From Corynebacterium minutissimum (GTDB lineage Bacteria > Actinomycetota > Actinomycetes > Mycobacteriales > Mycobacteriaceae), in assembly GCF_016889765.1 (NCBI RefSeq), contig NZ_CP069533.1, positions 758,504 to 822,503 of the forward strand: a DNA stretch of 64,000 nucleotides. Reading direction: 5' to 3'. The notes beneath the pieces are model-generated. The model made no database searches and was not told where the DNA came from. It worked only from the letters and a program-made list of their open reading frames with translations. Positions 8,604 to 18,126 of the stretch are shown here, one piece after another (the first letter of the stretch is position 1; every line of letters starts with the position of its first letter). The translations under genes and the position numbers were made by a program.

Positions 8604-9678
8604 CTCGGGGATCGCGCTAGTGGAACAAGCATCCAGCTCACCCGACGAGCTTCGCGCGCTCGGCGCCGACCCAGCCGACGCCACAGAACTCGCCCACCTT
8701 CACCGCACCTACTTCGGGCAAACCCGCTTTAGCGGCAAACAACGCAAAGCACGCGCCGCCGCGATGGCACAACAACATAGTCTTAGCGTTCTCACCCTGA
8801 TCGAGTCCTACACCGCCAAAGTCAACAAAGACCTCGATGCCTGGAACCTACGCATCAAGCTTGCCAGCACCCCCGCCCACCGTATCCGCCAGGTTGCCAC
8901 CAAGCGCCTAAAAGAACTTCAGTCCAAGCGCCAAGCCAAACCTGGAGTCAGGTTCACCTACCGAGCCACAGGCCCCAACTCCATGACCATTACCGATGAC
9001 GCACAAGTCATCGCCGATATCCGCGGCACCCTCGAATCCGTCAACAAACACAACCTCCTCGACGCCGCACGCACCGTCATTGTCACCGGTGGTATTGGCA
9101 CTAAACCTGCCGTACATGCTCAAGTCGTTGTCACCCTCAACGAACTCGACCAAATCATCAACGGTGATGGGGAGGAAATAGAACTTAACCTCACCAACGG
9201 CGGGCGCATGAGCGGGGCAGACTTTTTGGCCTACAAGTTTGCTGAGATTGGCTACGCCACCATCATCCACCCCCTTGAAGGCCCGGTGAACTCCTACCGG
9301 ATTAAGCGGCATGCCAGCTGGAAACAACGCATCAGCCTGGCAGCTGAATTCCAAACCTGCTCTAGGCCCGGCTGCAACAAACCAGCCGATTACTGCGAAG
9401 TCCACCACCTCATCCCCTGGCAAGCAGGAGGTTTTACCAACATTAAAAACCTCACCTTCCTATGCGCCTACCACAACGGCATTAACGACGATGACCCCAA
9501 ACGCCCCACCGGCAGGGGCTACATGTTCCGGCTGAACACCGGGGTGAGCTACATCCCACCCTGGGGTACACCGATAACCGCCACACCCGAATACCAAGAA
9601 GCCACAACCAGACTCGCTTCTGAGAAAGCAACAGGACAAGCCACAGGCCAACCACCCGACCCACCGGGTGCAGGCTAA
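8569..9678 (+). CDS. DUF222 plus HNH endonuclease domain protein (REP13E12-like repetitive gene family)
   Basis: The C-terminus has the HNH motif CSRPGCNKPADYCEVHHLIPWQAGGFTNIKNLTFLCAYHN. The N-terminal region resembles DUF222. Start set at the ATG at 8569, because the track's start at 8449 overlaps tRNA-His. Confidence 0.7.
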   Translation: MGVLETYFHYRNSGIALVEQASSSPDELRALGADPADATELAHLHRTYFGQTRFSGKQRKARAAAMAQQHSLSVLTLIESYTAKVNKDLDAWNLRIKLASTPAHRIRQVATKRLKELQSKRQAKPGVRFTYRATGPNSMTITDDAQVIADIRGTLESVNKHNLLDAARTVIVTGGIGTKPAVHAQVVVTLNELDQIINGDGEEIELNLTNGGRMSGADFLAYKFAEIGYATIIHPLEGPVNSYRIKRHASWKQRISLAAEFQTCSRPGCNKPADYCEVHHLIPWQAGGFTNIKNLTFLCAYHNGINDDDPKRPTGRGYMFRLNTGVSYIPPWGTPITATPEYQEATTRLASEKATGQATGQPPDPPGAG

Positions 9679-9778
9679 ACGCCCGCGATTAGGCAACGCG
9701 AGCGCCGAGACGATGAAACCCGCCGACCACACCACGGCCAGCGGGCACCTTGGTGATCCCACACGTTAGACTGCAGCA

Positions 9779-10324
9779 ATGATTGATTTCACCGCCTCCG
9801 CAGATGTTGTCGCGCCCCAACTGCTAGGTGCGGTGTTAACCCACAACGGGGTCTCCATACGCATCACTGAGGTCGAGGCCTACCTTGGTTCTTACGATGA
9901 GGCCTCCCATACTTTTAATGGCCGCACCCCACGCAACGCAGCGATGTTTGGCCCACCAGGCCGCCTCTACGTGTATATGTCCTACGGCATTCATCGCAAC
10001 GGCAATATTGTCTGTGCACCGGAAGGCCGCGGCGAGGGCTGCCTGCTGCGCAGCGGGGAGGTCATTAAGGGGACAGACCTCGCTTACGAGCGACGCGGAA
10101 ACACCGATTTTCACAATTTGGCCCGTGGTCCCGGAAACCTAGGGAAAGCCCTCGGTTTCACCCTCGACGACAACGGGACCATCATCAACTTGAACGAACG
10201 CACCGAGGAACCCGAGTGGGTATGTGGACCGCGCATCGGGATTTCCAAAAATACAGAGGCAGCCCTGCGCTTCTGGATCCCCTTCGACAAAACTGTATCC
10301 CGGCGTCGCGGCATGCCCGCGTAA
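9779..10324 (+). CDS. mpg: DNA-3-methyladenine glycosylase (Mpg/AAG family)
   Basis: LLGAVLTHNGVSIRITEVEAYLGSYDEASHTFNGRTPRNAAMFGPPGRLYVYMSYGIH matches the AAG-family signature. Confidence 0.8.
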   Translation: MIDFTASADVVAPQLLGAVLTHNGVSIRITEVEAYLGSYDEASHTFNGRTPRNAAMFGPPGRLYVYMSYGIHRNGNIVCAPEGRGEGCLLRSGEVIKGTDLAYERRGNTDFHNLARGPGNLGKALGFTLDDNGTIINLNERTEEPEWVCGPRIGISKNTEAALRFWIPFDKTVSRRRGMPA

Positions 10325-10350
10325 GGTATCCAGACACCAGCGCTTGGCCG

Positions 10351-11013
10351 CTAGCTATCAGCCAACCCCGGCCCTACAGGAACTTGGTCAATAATCGCCG
10401 CCAACTCCGACGATGCCTGCTTCATGTCTTCAACGTCTTCTGCATCGCCTTTGGAGTGCCGGAACATATAATTCAGTACGCCCACGTTTCCCACGCTGGT
10501 AGCACAGAAGAATTGCCGAAGATCCGCCGCTGGGTTCTTCGCACAGGCAAAATAGCGGCCCCCAGCTTCAAAGTCTAGTTCCTCAAAGGGAAGTACTTCT
10601 TGGCCATGTTCTTCCTGCTGGCGCTGGTAATCTTTTGCAGCGAATGTACGCAGCTCTTGCGCTGCACGTTGAGGATTCTCAGGGCACACATCGTAGATGT
10701 CCCCTTCCTCGTAATAGAAGCTATCGACTGAGAACTGATAAAGATCGGCTTGATAAAAGCGGCTCCAACCGCGATCCGCAATGGCGTCGTACGCGGGGTC
10801 ATGCTGAAGCCCGGCAAATTCCTCCGGCATCGCCTCCAGAAACGTTTGCAGGCTCACCTCAGTACTGCATGCTGCAGAATCACCCGTTTCGCCCGTTGGC
10901 GGCACTGTACTGTCGCGTTCCCCTTCAGCTTGCTGCGCATCCTCTGTCGTACACGCCGCAAACAAAAAAGACACCATCACCAAAGGAAGGACAACGAATT
11001 TCAGCCTAGACAT
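10351..11013 (-). CDS. Hypothetical secreted lipoprotein
   Basis: Signal peptide MSRLKFVVLPLVMVSFLFAAC includes a lipobox. The rest is acidic with no recognisable domain. Confidence 0.5.
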   Translation of the reverse strand: MSRLKFVVLPLVMVSFLFAACTTEDAQQAEGERDSTVPPTGETGDSAACSTEVSLQTFLEAMPEEFAGLQHDPAYDAIADRGWSRFYQADLYQFSVDSFYYEEGDIYDVCPENPQRAAQELRTFAAKDYQRQQEEHGQEVLPFEELDFEAGGRYFACAKNPAADLRQFFCATSVGNVGVLNYMFRHSKGDAEDVEDMKQASSELAAIIDQVPVGPGLADS

Positions 11014-11075
11014 GTGATCACCCATACGACGTCGAAAGGATTATGGTGCAACCCTAACCTTTGCATCGAGGTGAG

Positions 11076-12347
11076 CTATTGATTCGCGGTAGCGTTCCCC
11101 GCAGACCAGGTGGCCCAATCCATGTTCCAGTCCCCCAAACCATCAAGCGGGCTGAGCACCCCGCCGCCAGTGTTGGAGACCCTGACCACGTCACCGCGTT
11201 TGACGGTGTTCTGGAACCACTGGGCGTCCTCGGTCGTGACATTGATACAGCCATGAGACTGGTTGTAGCTACCCAACGCCCCCACCGCCCACGGAGCAGC
11301 ATGAATGTAGATACCGGAGTAGGACATCTGCGTTGCCCATTTGACGTCGGTCTTGTATCCGCCGGCATCGAGTGCCAGTCCGAAGGTGGTGGAATCCATG
11401 GTCAGCTCCGGATACTGGTCACCGATGACATACACGCCGTTCGGGGTATCCCACTTTCCATCCGTGCCCATGGAAATCGGAATCCGGCGCAGAACCTCAC
11501 CGTTTTTGAATACCGACATCATCTTGGAGTTGTTATCCACCAACGTGATGACGCGGTCACCGATGGTGAAGTTCGTTGAGGCATCCTCGCCGCCATAGAC
11601 ACCACCGCCGAGGTTGCGGCCGTAGAGGTCGACGTCGACAGTCACGCTCGTTCCTGGCTCCCAATACTTCGCCGGGCGCCAGCGTACTTCCTGGTTATTC
11701 ACCCAGTAGAAAGCACCCTCCACCGCCGGTTCAGTCTTGACCGTGATGGCCTCTTCGGCGGCCTTGCGGTCGGTGACGTAATTGCCAAAGCGCACGCCAA
11801 TAACCTGGCCCACGCCCACTTCAGACTCAGGAAGGGGGCTCAAGGCAACTTCAGAAACGGCCGCCGCCTGTGGCGTGGTGAAGGTAATGGCTTTATGGTT
11901 GCCGTCCTTGTCTTTCGCATCGATGGTGTAGGTGCGGTTATAACCCAGCACCTCGGTGTTCTTCCACGTTTTCGAATCCGAGGAAAGCTCATCTTCCACC
12001 ACCTTGCCAGACTCGTTGGTCATGGTGACCTCTTTGAGCCCCGCAGTGGAGGTAACTTCAATCGGTTTAGAAGGGTCAACATCTTCTGCCCCATCCTTGA
12101 GCGAGAACTTGAGCTGCTTCGCCTTTGCGGCTGCCGACGCCGATGCTTCCGCCGCCGCGCTCTCCTGCGCCTCTTCGGCCGACATCTTCGCTGCTTCTTC
12201 CCCCGACTCTGGAGAACCAATAGTGCAGGCAGCCATCAGGGACGCGGCCGCCACGAGACCAGTGAGAAAACCTGTGGGACGTGCCTTAGGGAATAGAGAA
12301 TGCACACAAACCCCTAGATAGATGAGACGCTGATAAAGACAATGCAC
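11076..12347 (-). CDS. L,D-transpeptidase (YkuD domain) lipoprotein
   Basis: Catalytic motif [32 protein letters not shown] (His-Gly-Cys). N-terminal lipobox LMAACT. Size fits LdtMt2-type enzymes. Exact start uncertain. Confidence 0.75.
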   Translation of the reverse strand: MHCLYQRLIYLGVCVHSLFPKARPTGFLTGLVAAASLMAACTIGSPESGEEAAKMSAEEAQESAAAEASASAAAKAKQLKFSLKDGAEDVDPSKPIEVTSTAGLKEVTMTNESGKVVEDELSSDSKTWKNTEVLGYNRTYTIDAKDKDGNHKAITFTTPQAAAVSEVALSPLPESEVGVGQVIGVRFGNYVTDRKAAEEAITVKTEPAVEGAFYWVNNQEVRWRPAKYWEPGTSVTVDVDLYGRNLGGGVYGGEDASTNFTIGDRVITLVDNNSKMMSVFKNGEVLRRIPISMGTDGKWDTPNGVYVIGDQYPELTMDSTTFGLALDAGGYKTDVKWATQMSYSGIYIHAAPWAVGALGSYNQSHGCINVTTEDAQWFQNTVKRGDVVRVSNTGGGVLSPLDGLGDWNMDWATWSAGNATANQ

Positions 12348-12587
12348 CTAGCCTAGTCCGCACAACCGCCGTCAAACTAGATGACCCCGCCGCCTTTAAC
12401 CGTTTCGTTATCGATCCGCGGATTATGGAAGGAAGCGCCGCCAGGTATGCGTTGAGTGATGGCGTTCTAACACACTCAAAACCGCTGACTACCTGGCGAT
12501 TTTACCTTTTTCAAGCCAGGGTGTTAAAGTTACTTCTCGTTGCACGGCAGGCGCTGAGGAAATCAGGAGCCCGCTAAGACAACGAAT

Positions 12588-12660
<73 letters not shown>

Positions 12661-12666
12661 CAGTGC

Positions 12667-12702
12667 ATCCCCTTCATCAACTCAGTTGGTGGAGGGGATT
12701 TC
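12667..12702 (+). terminator. Hairpin after tRNA-Lys
   Basis: ATCCCCTTCATCAAC-tcag-TTGGTGGAGGGGAT forms a stem with G-U pairs. Confidence 0.4.
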
Positions 12703-12741
12703 GCATTCCCCGGTAGCAAAAGAGGGAGCTTGTGCTTGCCC

Positions 12742-13242
12742 TTAAAACACCTCGAGTTGCTCCAGCTTGGGCCGCCACCAGGCTGCGGTCGTGGCGAGGA
12801 ATTTCTTGTGCTCCGTCCCAGATATCTCATTGAGGGCCCGCAGGTACTCGGGCACCATGGCGCGCGGCAGACGCAGCCCCATAGTCAGATGGGGTGTCCA
12901 GCGCGGACCGCGTCCATCCGGGTTTGCGGCACTCAATTGGCGCGCCGCGGTCTCCAATTCATCGGTGGTTTCCAACATCCATGCCACCGTCTGTTTGCTC
13001 TTGGTGCCGAAAACAACGGTCCCTACGCGGCGAAATACGGCAGGAATAAGCGGCGGCAACACGTCGCGGGCCAAATCCACCACAGTCTGGTCCATCGTTG
13101 GCGCAAAGGTCACCGTGATGTGCGGGCGCTGGCGCTGGAGGGGAAAGCCCCGCTCCGCTAGCGCAGAAAAGACCTCCCGCACAGACTCTTCGTCCTCCGG
13201 AGTGAGGTACAACAGGAGGTTCTCAGGCGAATTGCGGCTCAC
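12742..13242 (-). CDS. 2H phosphoesterase superfamily protein (LigT/2'-5' RNA ligase-like)
   Basis: Two H-x-T/S-x motifs, HITVTF and HLTMGL, about 80 residues apart in a 166-aa protein. Confidence 0.6.
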   Translation of the reverse strand: MSRNSPENLLLYLTPEDEESVREVFSALAERGFPLQRQRPHITVTFAPTMDQTVVDLARDVLPPLIPAVFRRVGTVVFGTKSKQTVAWMLETTDELETAARQLSAANPDGRGPRWTPHLTMGLRLPRAMVPEYLRALNEISGTEHKKFLATTAAWWRPKLEQLEVF

Positions 13243-13253
13243 GCCGCCTAAGT

Positions 13254-14015
13254 CTAACTAACCGCCTGCAGCGCCACCACGGGATGTCCGCGGTGCTCGA
13301 CGATATCTGCCTCCACGCGATACACCTCGCGCAGAAGCCCAGGACTCAACACGTCCGCCGGGGCACCGTGAGCATGGACCTGCCCGTCCTTCATCACAAC
13401 GAGCTGGTCACACATCCGGGCTGCCAGATTGATGTCGTGAATCGCCACAAGCGCAAGACTGCCTTCCTCCTGGGTTTTCGCCCGCACGCGGCTCAAGACG
13501 AAGAGCTGGCGGTGGAGGTCGAGGGCGGAGGTGGGTTCGTCGAGAAGCATGAGGCCTGGGTGCCCCACGAGCATCTGCGCCACGGCGACGAGCTGGCGTT
13601 GACCGCCAGAAAGCTCGTTGAGGTAGCGTTGCGCAATCGCATCGAGCCCCAGGGAGTGCAGCACTTCGGCAGTGCGAGTGACGGGGTCCTCGTATAGTTC
13701 CCGGCGGGCCGCAATAAGAACGGCCTCAAAGGCCGACAACGCCGCGCTGTTCGGCAGGTCCTGCGGGACGTATCCGATGAGCTGGCGGCGCCGCTTCCCG
13801 CGCGGAGCCTCGCCATCAACACGGAAATCCACCGTGCCGCCGCGAGCGCGGTGAACGCCGGCCAGCGTCGTGATGGTCGTCGTCTTGCCGGACGCATTCG
13901 GCCCCAGTAACCCCACCACCTGCCCGCCGCGCAGCGTGGGAAGGCTTAATCCATCCACCACCATGTGTGAGCCGTACCCGGCTGACAGGTCAGAAACGGT
14001 GAGTTCTACGTCCAC
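13254..14015 (-). CDS. Iron-siderophore ABC transporter ATP-binding protein (FecE/FepC-like)
   Basis: Walker A GPNASGKTT, ABC signature LSGGQRQ, Walker B LLLDEPTSALD. Confidence 0.85.
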   Translation of the reverse strand: MDVELTVSDLSAGYGSHMVVDGLSLPTLRGGQVVGLLGPNASGKTTTITTLAGVHRARGGTVDFRVDGEAPRGKRRRQLIGYVPQDLPNSAALSAFEAVLIAARRELYEDPVTRTAEVLHSLGLDAIAQRYLNELSGGQRQLVAVAQMLVGHPGLMLLDEPTSALDLHRQLFVLSRVRAKTQEEGSLALVAIHDINLAARMCDQLVVMKDGQVHAHGAPADVLSPGLLREVYRVEADIVEHRGHPVVALQAVS

Positions 14016-15190
14016 AGTGCCCTCCTCCGGGTCATGACGATGGCGATGAACAACGGCGCCCCCAAGAGCGAGGTGACGATGCCGATGGGGATGGCCACGC
14101 CGGGCTTGATGACGAGACTAAGCGCGTGGGCGGCGCACATGACCGCCGCGCCCGCGGCCATGGAGGCCGGCATGAAGTAACGCTGGTCCTCACCCACCAG
14201 CATGCGCGCGATGTGCGGGCCAACCAGGCCGATAAAGCCAATGATGCCGGCGAAGGCCACGGTGGTGGCCGCGACGAGCGAGACCACGATAAGCACGATG
14301 ATGCGTAGGCGGGAGGTGTTGATGCCGAGGGCGGTGGCGCGGGCGTCGCCAAGCCGCAGCGCCGTAAGCCGCCACGAGAGTGCACCCAAGATGGGCAGAG
14401 CCACCGCCAGCACACCTGCCAGTACTGCGTTGGCCTGCCACGTGGCGCGGGTCAGCGAACCCATGGACCAGAAGACGATTTGCTGGAGGGCCTCGCTGGA
14501 GGAGCGGTACTGAATGAGCGCCAACATGGCTTGGAAGAAGAAGACGAGGCCGATGCCGAGCAGCACCATCGTCTCCGACTTCGCGCCGCGAAGAACGGCC
14601 GCCACAACGATGATCGCCGTGGCGATGGCCGCGGACAGCCACGCGATAAGCGCGAGGTTGAACTGCGGCTGGGCCAGCAGCTGCCAGCGCAGAACGATGG
14701 CACTGGCCCCGCCGAAGGCCGCGGCGGCGGAGATGCCGAGGGTAAAAGGCTCGGCTAGAGGGTTGTCCAGGATGGTCTGCATGTGCGCGCCGGCTACCGA
14801 CAGGCTGGCTCCGATAAGCAGGGCCATGACCGCCATGGGCAGACGCAGGTGCCAGAGGACTGTACGCGTTTGCTTTTCGGTGCCTGCCGGGTCCACCAGA
14901 CCCCGCAGCACCTCACCTGGAGTGAGGTCGATGGCGCCGACGATGACGCTAAGTAGGAAAGCAGCGAGGGCTACGGCGGCAAGAGCGAGGACGATGGCGA
15001 TGCGGCGGCGTGTCACACGGGCGTGCTCCCGCGCGAGTGCCGCGGCGGCCGCCGCTGGGTTCGGCGCAAGGCTCGACGCAGCGTTCGGCGCTGGGTCTGA
15101 CACTGGGTCTGGCACTGTGTTCGGCTCGGTGTCGGCGCTCGTGGTGCGCTGGGTGCTGCCCGAGCACGCAGTAGATGCGGTAATACTCAT
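14006..15190 (-). CDS. FecCD-family iron-siderophore ABC permease
   Basis: About 10 transmembrane segments with FecCD-like motifs. Start moved to the ATG at 15190, directly after the stop of the binding-protein gene, because the track's start at 15361 would overlap that gene. A long Ala/Pro-rich N-terminus remains. Confidence 0.75.
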   Translation of the reverse strand: MSITASTACSGSTQRTTSADTEPNTVPDPVSDPAPNAASSLAPNPAAAAAALAREHARVTRRRIAIVLALAAVALAAFLLSVIVGAIDLTPGEVLRGLVDPAGTEKQTRTVLWHLRLPMAVMALLIGASLSVAGAHMQTILDNPLAEPFTLGISAAAAFGGASAIVLRWQLLAQPQFNLALIAWLSAAIATAIIVVAAVLRGAKSETMVLLGIGLVFFFQAMLALIQYRSSSEALQQIVFWSMGSLTRATWQANAVLAGVLAVALPILGALSWRLTALRLGDARATALGINTSRLRIIVLIVVSLVAATTVAFAGIIGFIGLVGPHIARMLVGEDQRYFMPASMAAGAAVMCAAHALSLVIKPGVAIPIGIVTSLLGAPLFIAIVMTRRRALWT

Positions 15191-15192
15191 GA

Positions 15193-16419
15193 TTAGTTGG
15201 TGCTGAAGAAGGTTCCGTCGCCAGAGACAGGCGAGTATTTCTCTTGGGCGTCGGCCCATTCCTGCTGCACGTCGATGTCGGCGTAGTCCTCTGGGTGGAG
15301 CCAGGCAGCGATCTGGAGAAGTGCCAGGTAGTTGAAAGGCGAATTGTAGAACTGGTGCCACAAGCCGTGGAGTTGGTGCTCCTTCACGGCGGTGAGATCA
15401 GGAAAGCCGGGTTGGACGTCGGCAAGCATGGCGGCGCTGTTGTGCGCGTCCTTCTCGCTGATGCCGTACCCTGCAGCCGCGAAGCCGGTGTGGCCCGTGG
15501 AGCTATCAACCTTGGCGGACCAGTCGCCGCCGGTGGCGATGATCATGTCAGGGTCAGCGTCGATGACCTTTTCGGGGGTAAGGGCGCCGGACTCGCCATC
15601 GATGAGGCCATCAGCCACGTTCTTACCGCCGGCAACGTTGACTAGCTGGGAGATGTTGGAGTCATTCCAGGAGCCACAGCAGTCCGACACACCTGCCGCG
15701 CGCCACACGAAGGTGGATGGTTTGTCTTTCACCTTCGCTGCGCGTTCTTTCACTAGGTCAACGTTCTTCTGCCAGTCCGCGATGAATTCCTCGGCGCGAT
15801 CCTCGTGGCCAAAGATATCGGCGAAGATTTCCATGGTGGGGACGGTGTTCTCCAGCGGCTTGGCGCGGAAGTCGGTGACGGCGTAGGTGAGTCCAGCCTG
15901 GTCCAGTTTGTCGGTAAGTCCTGCGGTTTGGGAGGCCTCGTATTGGTCTTTGGAGAGAACAATAAGGTCTGGGTCGAGCTTGATGAGTTCCTCCACGGTG
16001 ACATCACCCTTGGTAAAGCCTCCGATTTCGGGCAGCTCATTCACCTTGGGGACGGTCTTTTCCAACTCGCGATAGTAGTCGGGCACGTTCTGCTTGAGAT
16101 CTGAACCGATGGCTACGACCTTGTCGAGGGGGTCGTCAGCATTAAGGACGCCGGTGGCGAATACTGCGCGCCCCTCGCCCAGGATGACGCGCTCTGGCTC
16201 CTGGTCCAGCTCCACGTGGCGGCCGGCTAGGTCCGTGAAACTCACGGCAGCGGTGCCGTCTGCAGATGCAGACTGCGTAGCGTTTTCAGCCGTTGTTCCG
16301 GCGGCACAGCCTGCCACGGTACTGGCAAATGCTGCCACAAGGGCGAAGGCGCCAACTCGTCGCCGTGCTGTCAGGTGCTGTGTGGGGCGTAGAACCACTG
16401 TGCTTCCTCGTTCTTTCAT
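15193..16419 (-). CDS. Iron-siderophore ABC transporter substrate-binding lipoprotein
   Basis: Lipobox VAGCAAG. Periplasmic binding-protein fold typical of siderophore-binding proteins. First gene of a three-gene operon. Confidence 0.8.
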   Translation of the reverse strand: MKERGSTVVLRPTQHLTARRRVGAFALVAAFASTVAGCAAGTTAENATQSASADGTAAVSFTDLAGRHVELDQEPERVILGEGRAVFATGVLNADDPLDKVVAIGSDLKQNVPDYYRELEKTVPKVNELPEIGGFTKGDVTVEELIKLDPDLIVLSKDQYEASQTAGLTDKLDQAGLTYAVTDFRAKPLENTVPTMEIFADIFGHEDRAEEFIADWQKNVDLVKERAAKVKDKPSTFVWRAAGVSDCCGSWNDSNISQLVNVAGGKNVADGLIDGESGALTPEKVIDADPDMIIATGGDWSAKVDSSTGHTGFAAAGYGISEKDAHNSAAMLADVQPGFPDLTAVKEHQLHGLWHQFYNSPFNYLALLQIAAWLHPEDYADIDVQQEWADAQEKYSPVSGDGTFFSTN

Positions 16420-16472
16420 GTTCGCGTGCAGTATCGCACTCCAATAAGGACGAGTTCATAGTACACATTCAG

Positions 16473-16506
16473 CTTAGGCTACCCAAAGCTTAGATAGGGT
16501 AGCCTT
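16473..16506. promoter_or_regulatory. Iron-box-like inverted repeat in the promoter region of the siderophore ABC operon. Candidate DtxR/IdeR operator.
   Basis: TTAGGCTACCC-aaagcttagata-GGGTAGCCT is a 9-bp inverted repeat. The left half matches the DtxR consensus TTAGGTTAGCCTAACCTAA at 13 of 19 positions. It lies 55-90 nt upstream of the operon start. Confidence 0.25.
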
Positions 16507-16528
16507 TGCTTCTCTTGGAGAAGGCGGG

Positions 16529-16567
16529 GTAAAAAGAAACCCTGCCTTGGACATTTCCAAGACAGGG
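16529..16567 (-). terminator. Rho-independent terminator of the DUF3618 gene
   Basis: On the minus strand: CCCTGTCTTGG-aaatgt-CCAAGGCAGGG followed by TTTCTTTTTAC. Confidence 0.55.
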
Positions 16568-16610
16568 ATCTCACGCGTGCGCCGTCGGCGCAGCGTCCGT
16601 AAAGGGGTGC

Positions 16611-16889
16611 TTAGCGGCGCTCAGCCAGCAGGCGCTGCAGCTCCTTGATGTCGGACTTGCGGCGCTTGGAGCGGAAGACGGAGAAAGCGATGAGGCCAAC
16701 GACAGCAGCGCCGATGCCAGCGAGGGTCATCTGCACGTTGCGGTCCTGCAGCTTCTGGGTGGCAGCCCCCTTGGCGTCGTCCACGAAGTTCTGCGGCTTG
16801 CTGCGGTAAGCCAGCTCATCCAAGGTGCTAGCCAGCTGACGGCGGGTGCGCTCGATGTCGCGCTGGATATCATCAATGTTGCGTGCCAC
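16611..16889 (-). CDS. DUF3618-like small membrane-anchored protein
   Basis: VARNIDDIQRDIERTRRQLASTLDELAYRS, a coiled helix, plus one C-terminal transmembrane segment. GTG start at 16889 has an AGGAG ribosome-binding site 7 nt upstream. The track's ATG start has none. Confidence 0.6.
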   Translation of the reverse strand: MARNIDDIQRDIERTRRQLASTLDELAYRSKPQNFVDDAKGAATQKLQDRNVQMTLAGIGAAVVGLIAFSVFRSKRRKSDIKELQRLLAERR

Positions 16890-17013
16890 GGGAAATCTCC
16901 TGAGATTTTGACTGTGTTTTTGTTCTAACGTCGACATTCTACATTGACCCCAGCGTTGCCCGCATGTCTACTCGCGGGGTGGGTAGGACCGCGATCACGG
17001 TAGGGTGGGGACC

Positions 17014-17484
17014 ATGACTGAAGCACAACGACTGTCCGTGGGAGACACAGCACCGGCTTTTTCCTTGAGCGACGATGCCGGCAACACCGTGAGCCTGAGC
17101 GACTTTGCCGGCCAGCGCGTCGTGGTCTACTTCTACCCGCGCGCTAACACCCCTGGCTGCACCAAGGAGGCCTGCGATTTCCGCGATAGCCTCGAGCAGC
17201 TCAACGGAATGAATATCGCCGTCGTGGGCATTTCGCCCGATAAGCCGGAGGCCTTAAAAAAGTTCCGTGAGGACCACGAACTGAACTTCCCCCTTCTGTC
17301 TGACCCCACCAAGGAAGTCATGACCGCTTATGGCGCTTTCGGGGAGAAGAAGAACTACGGCAAGGTCGTCCAAGGCGTTATCCGTTCTACCTTCCTCGTG
17401 GAGGAAGACGGCACCATTGGTCAGGCCATGTACAACGTCAAGGCCACTGGCCACGTTGCCCGCGTGCTTAAGGGGCTCAACTAG
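17014..17484 (+). CDS. bcp: Thiol peroxidase Bcp (peroxiredoxin Q)
   Basis: YFYPRANTPGCTKEACDFRD has the peroxidatic Cys in the T-P-G-C motif. Confidence 0.85.
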   Translation: MTEAQRLSVGDTAPAFSLSDDAGNTVSLSDFAGQRVVVYFYPRANTPGCTKEACDFRDSLEQLNGMNIAVVGISPDKPEALKKFREDHELNFPLLSDPTKEVMTAYGAFGEKKNYGKVVQGVIRSTFLVEEDGTIGQAMYNVKATGHVARVLKGLN

Positions 17485-17487
17485 ATC

Positions 17488-18126
17488 GTGGAATCCAGTT
17501 CAAAGTCACCGGAGATACTGGTCCCGAGGCGTCGGCCAGCGCAAGCGCGCAGCCGCGCCAAATATGACCGGATTTTGTCCTGCGCGCGTCAGACGCTCGT
17601 GGACCATGGCTTTGAGTCTTTCACCTTCGACGAGGTCTCGCGCCGCGCGGAGGTACCCATCGGCACGCTGTACCAATACTTTGCCAACAAGTATGTGCTG
17701 ATGTGCGAGCTTGACCGCCAGGACACGGCGGAAATGTTGGCGGAAGTCGAGCGTTTCTCGCACCGCGTCCCGGCGCTTCAATGGCCGGACTTTCTTGAGG
17801 AATTCATCGACCGTATGGCGCGAGTGTGGCGCAATGACCCCTCGCGCCGCGCGGTGTGGCATGCCGTGCAATCGACGCCGGCGACCCGTGCCACGGCCGC
17901 GGACACGGAGTTGTCCCTGCTCAAGCCCATCGCGGAGATCCTCGAACCCCTAGCTCCCGGTATGGACGATGCCGCCCGGGTAGAAATAGCGGCCTTCCTC
18001 GTCCACACCGTTGTGTCCTTGCTCAACTACAGCATCATGCGCTCCGAGGACAGCGTCGATGGCGTGGTGGAAGAGATTAAGCGCATGCTCATTGCCTACC
18101 TCTTCGCTATTGCGACGGGCGGCTGA
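17488..18126 (+). CDS. TetR-family transcriptional regulator
   Basis: HTH FESFTFDEVSRRAEVPIGTLYQYFANKYVLM. Confidence 0.8.
   Translation: MESSSKSPEILVPRRRPAQARSRAKYDRILSCARQTLVDHGFESFTFDEVSRRAEVPIGTLYQYFANKYVLMCELDRQDTAEMLAEVERFSHRVPALQWPDFLEEFIDRMARVWRNDPSRRAVWHAVQSTPATRATAADTELSLLKPIAEILEPLAPGMDDAARVEIAAFLVHTVVSLLNYSIMRSEDSVDGVVEEIKRMLIAYLFAIATGG

Noticed and set aside
12348-12587. Possible riboswitch (e.g. ydaO/c-di-AMP) in the 240-nt leader of the L,D-transpeptidase gene
   Set aside because: I could not recognise any conserved riboswitch core motif by eye. It would need a covariance-model scan.
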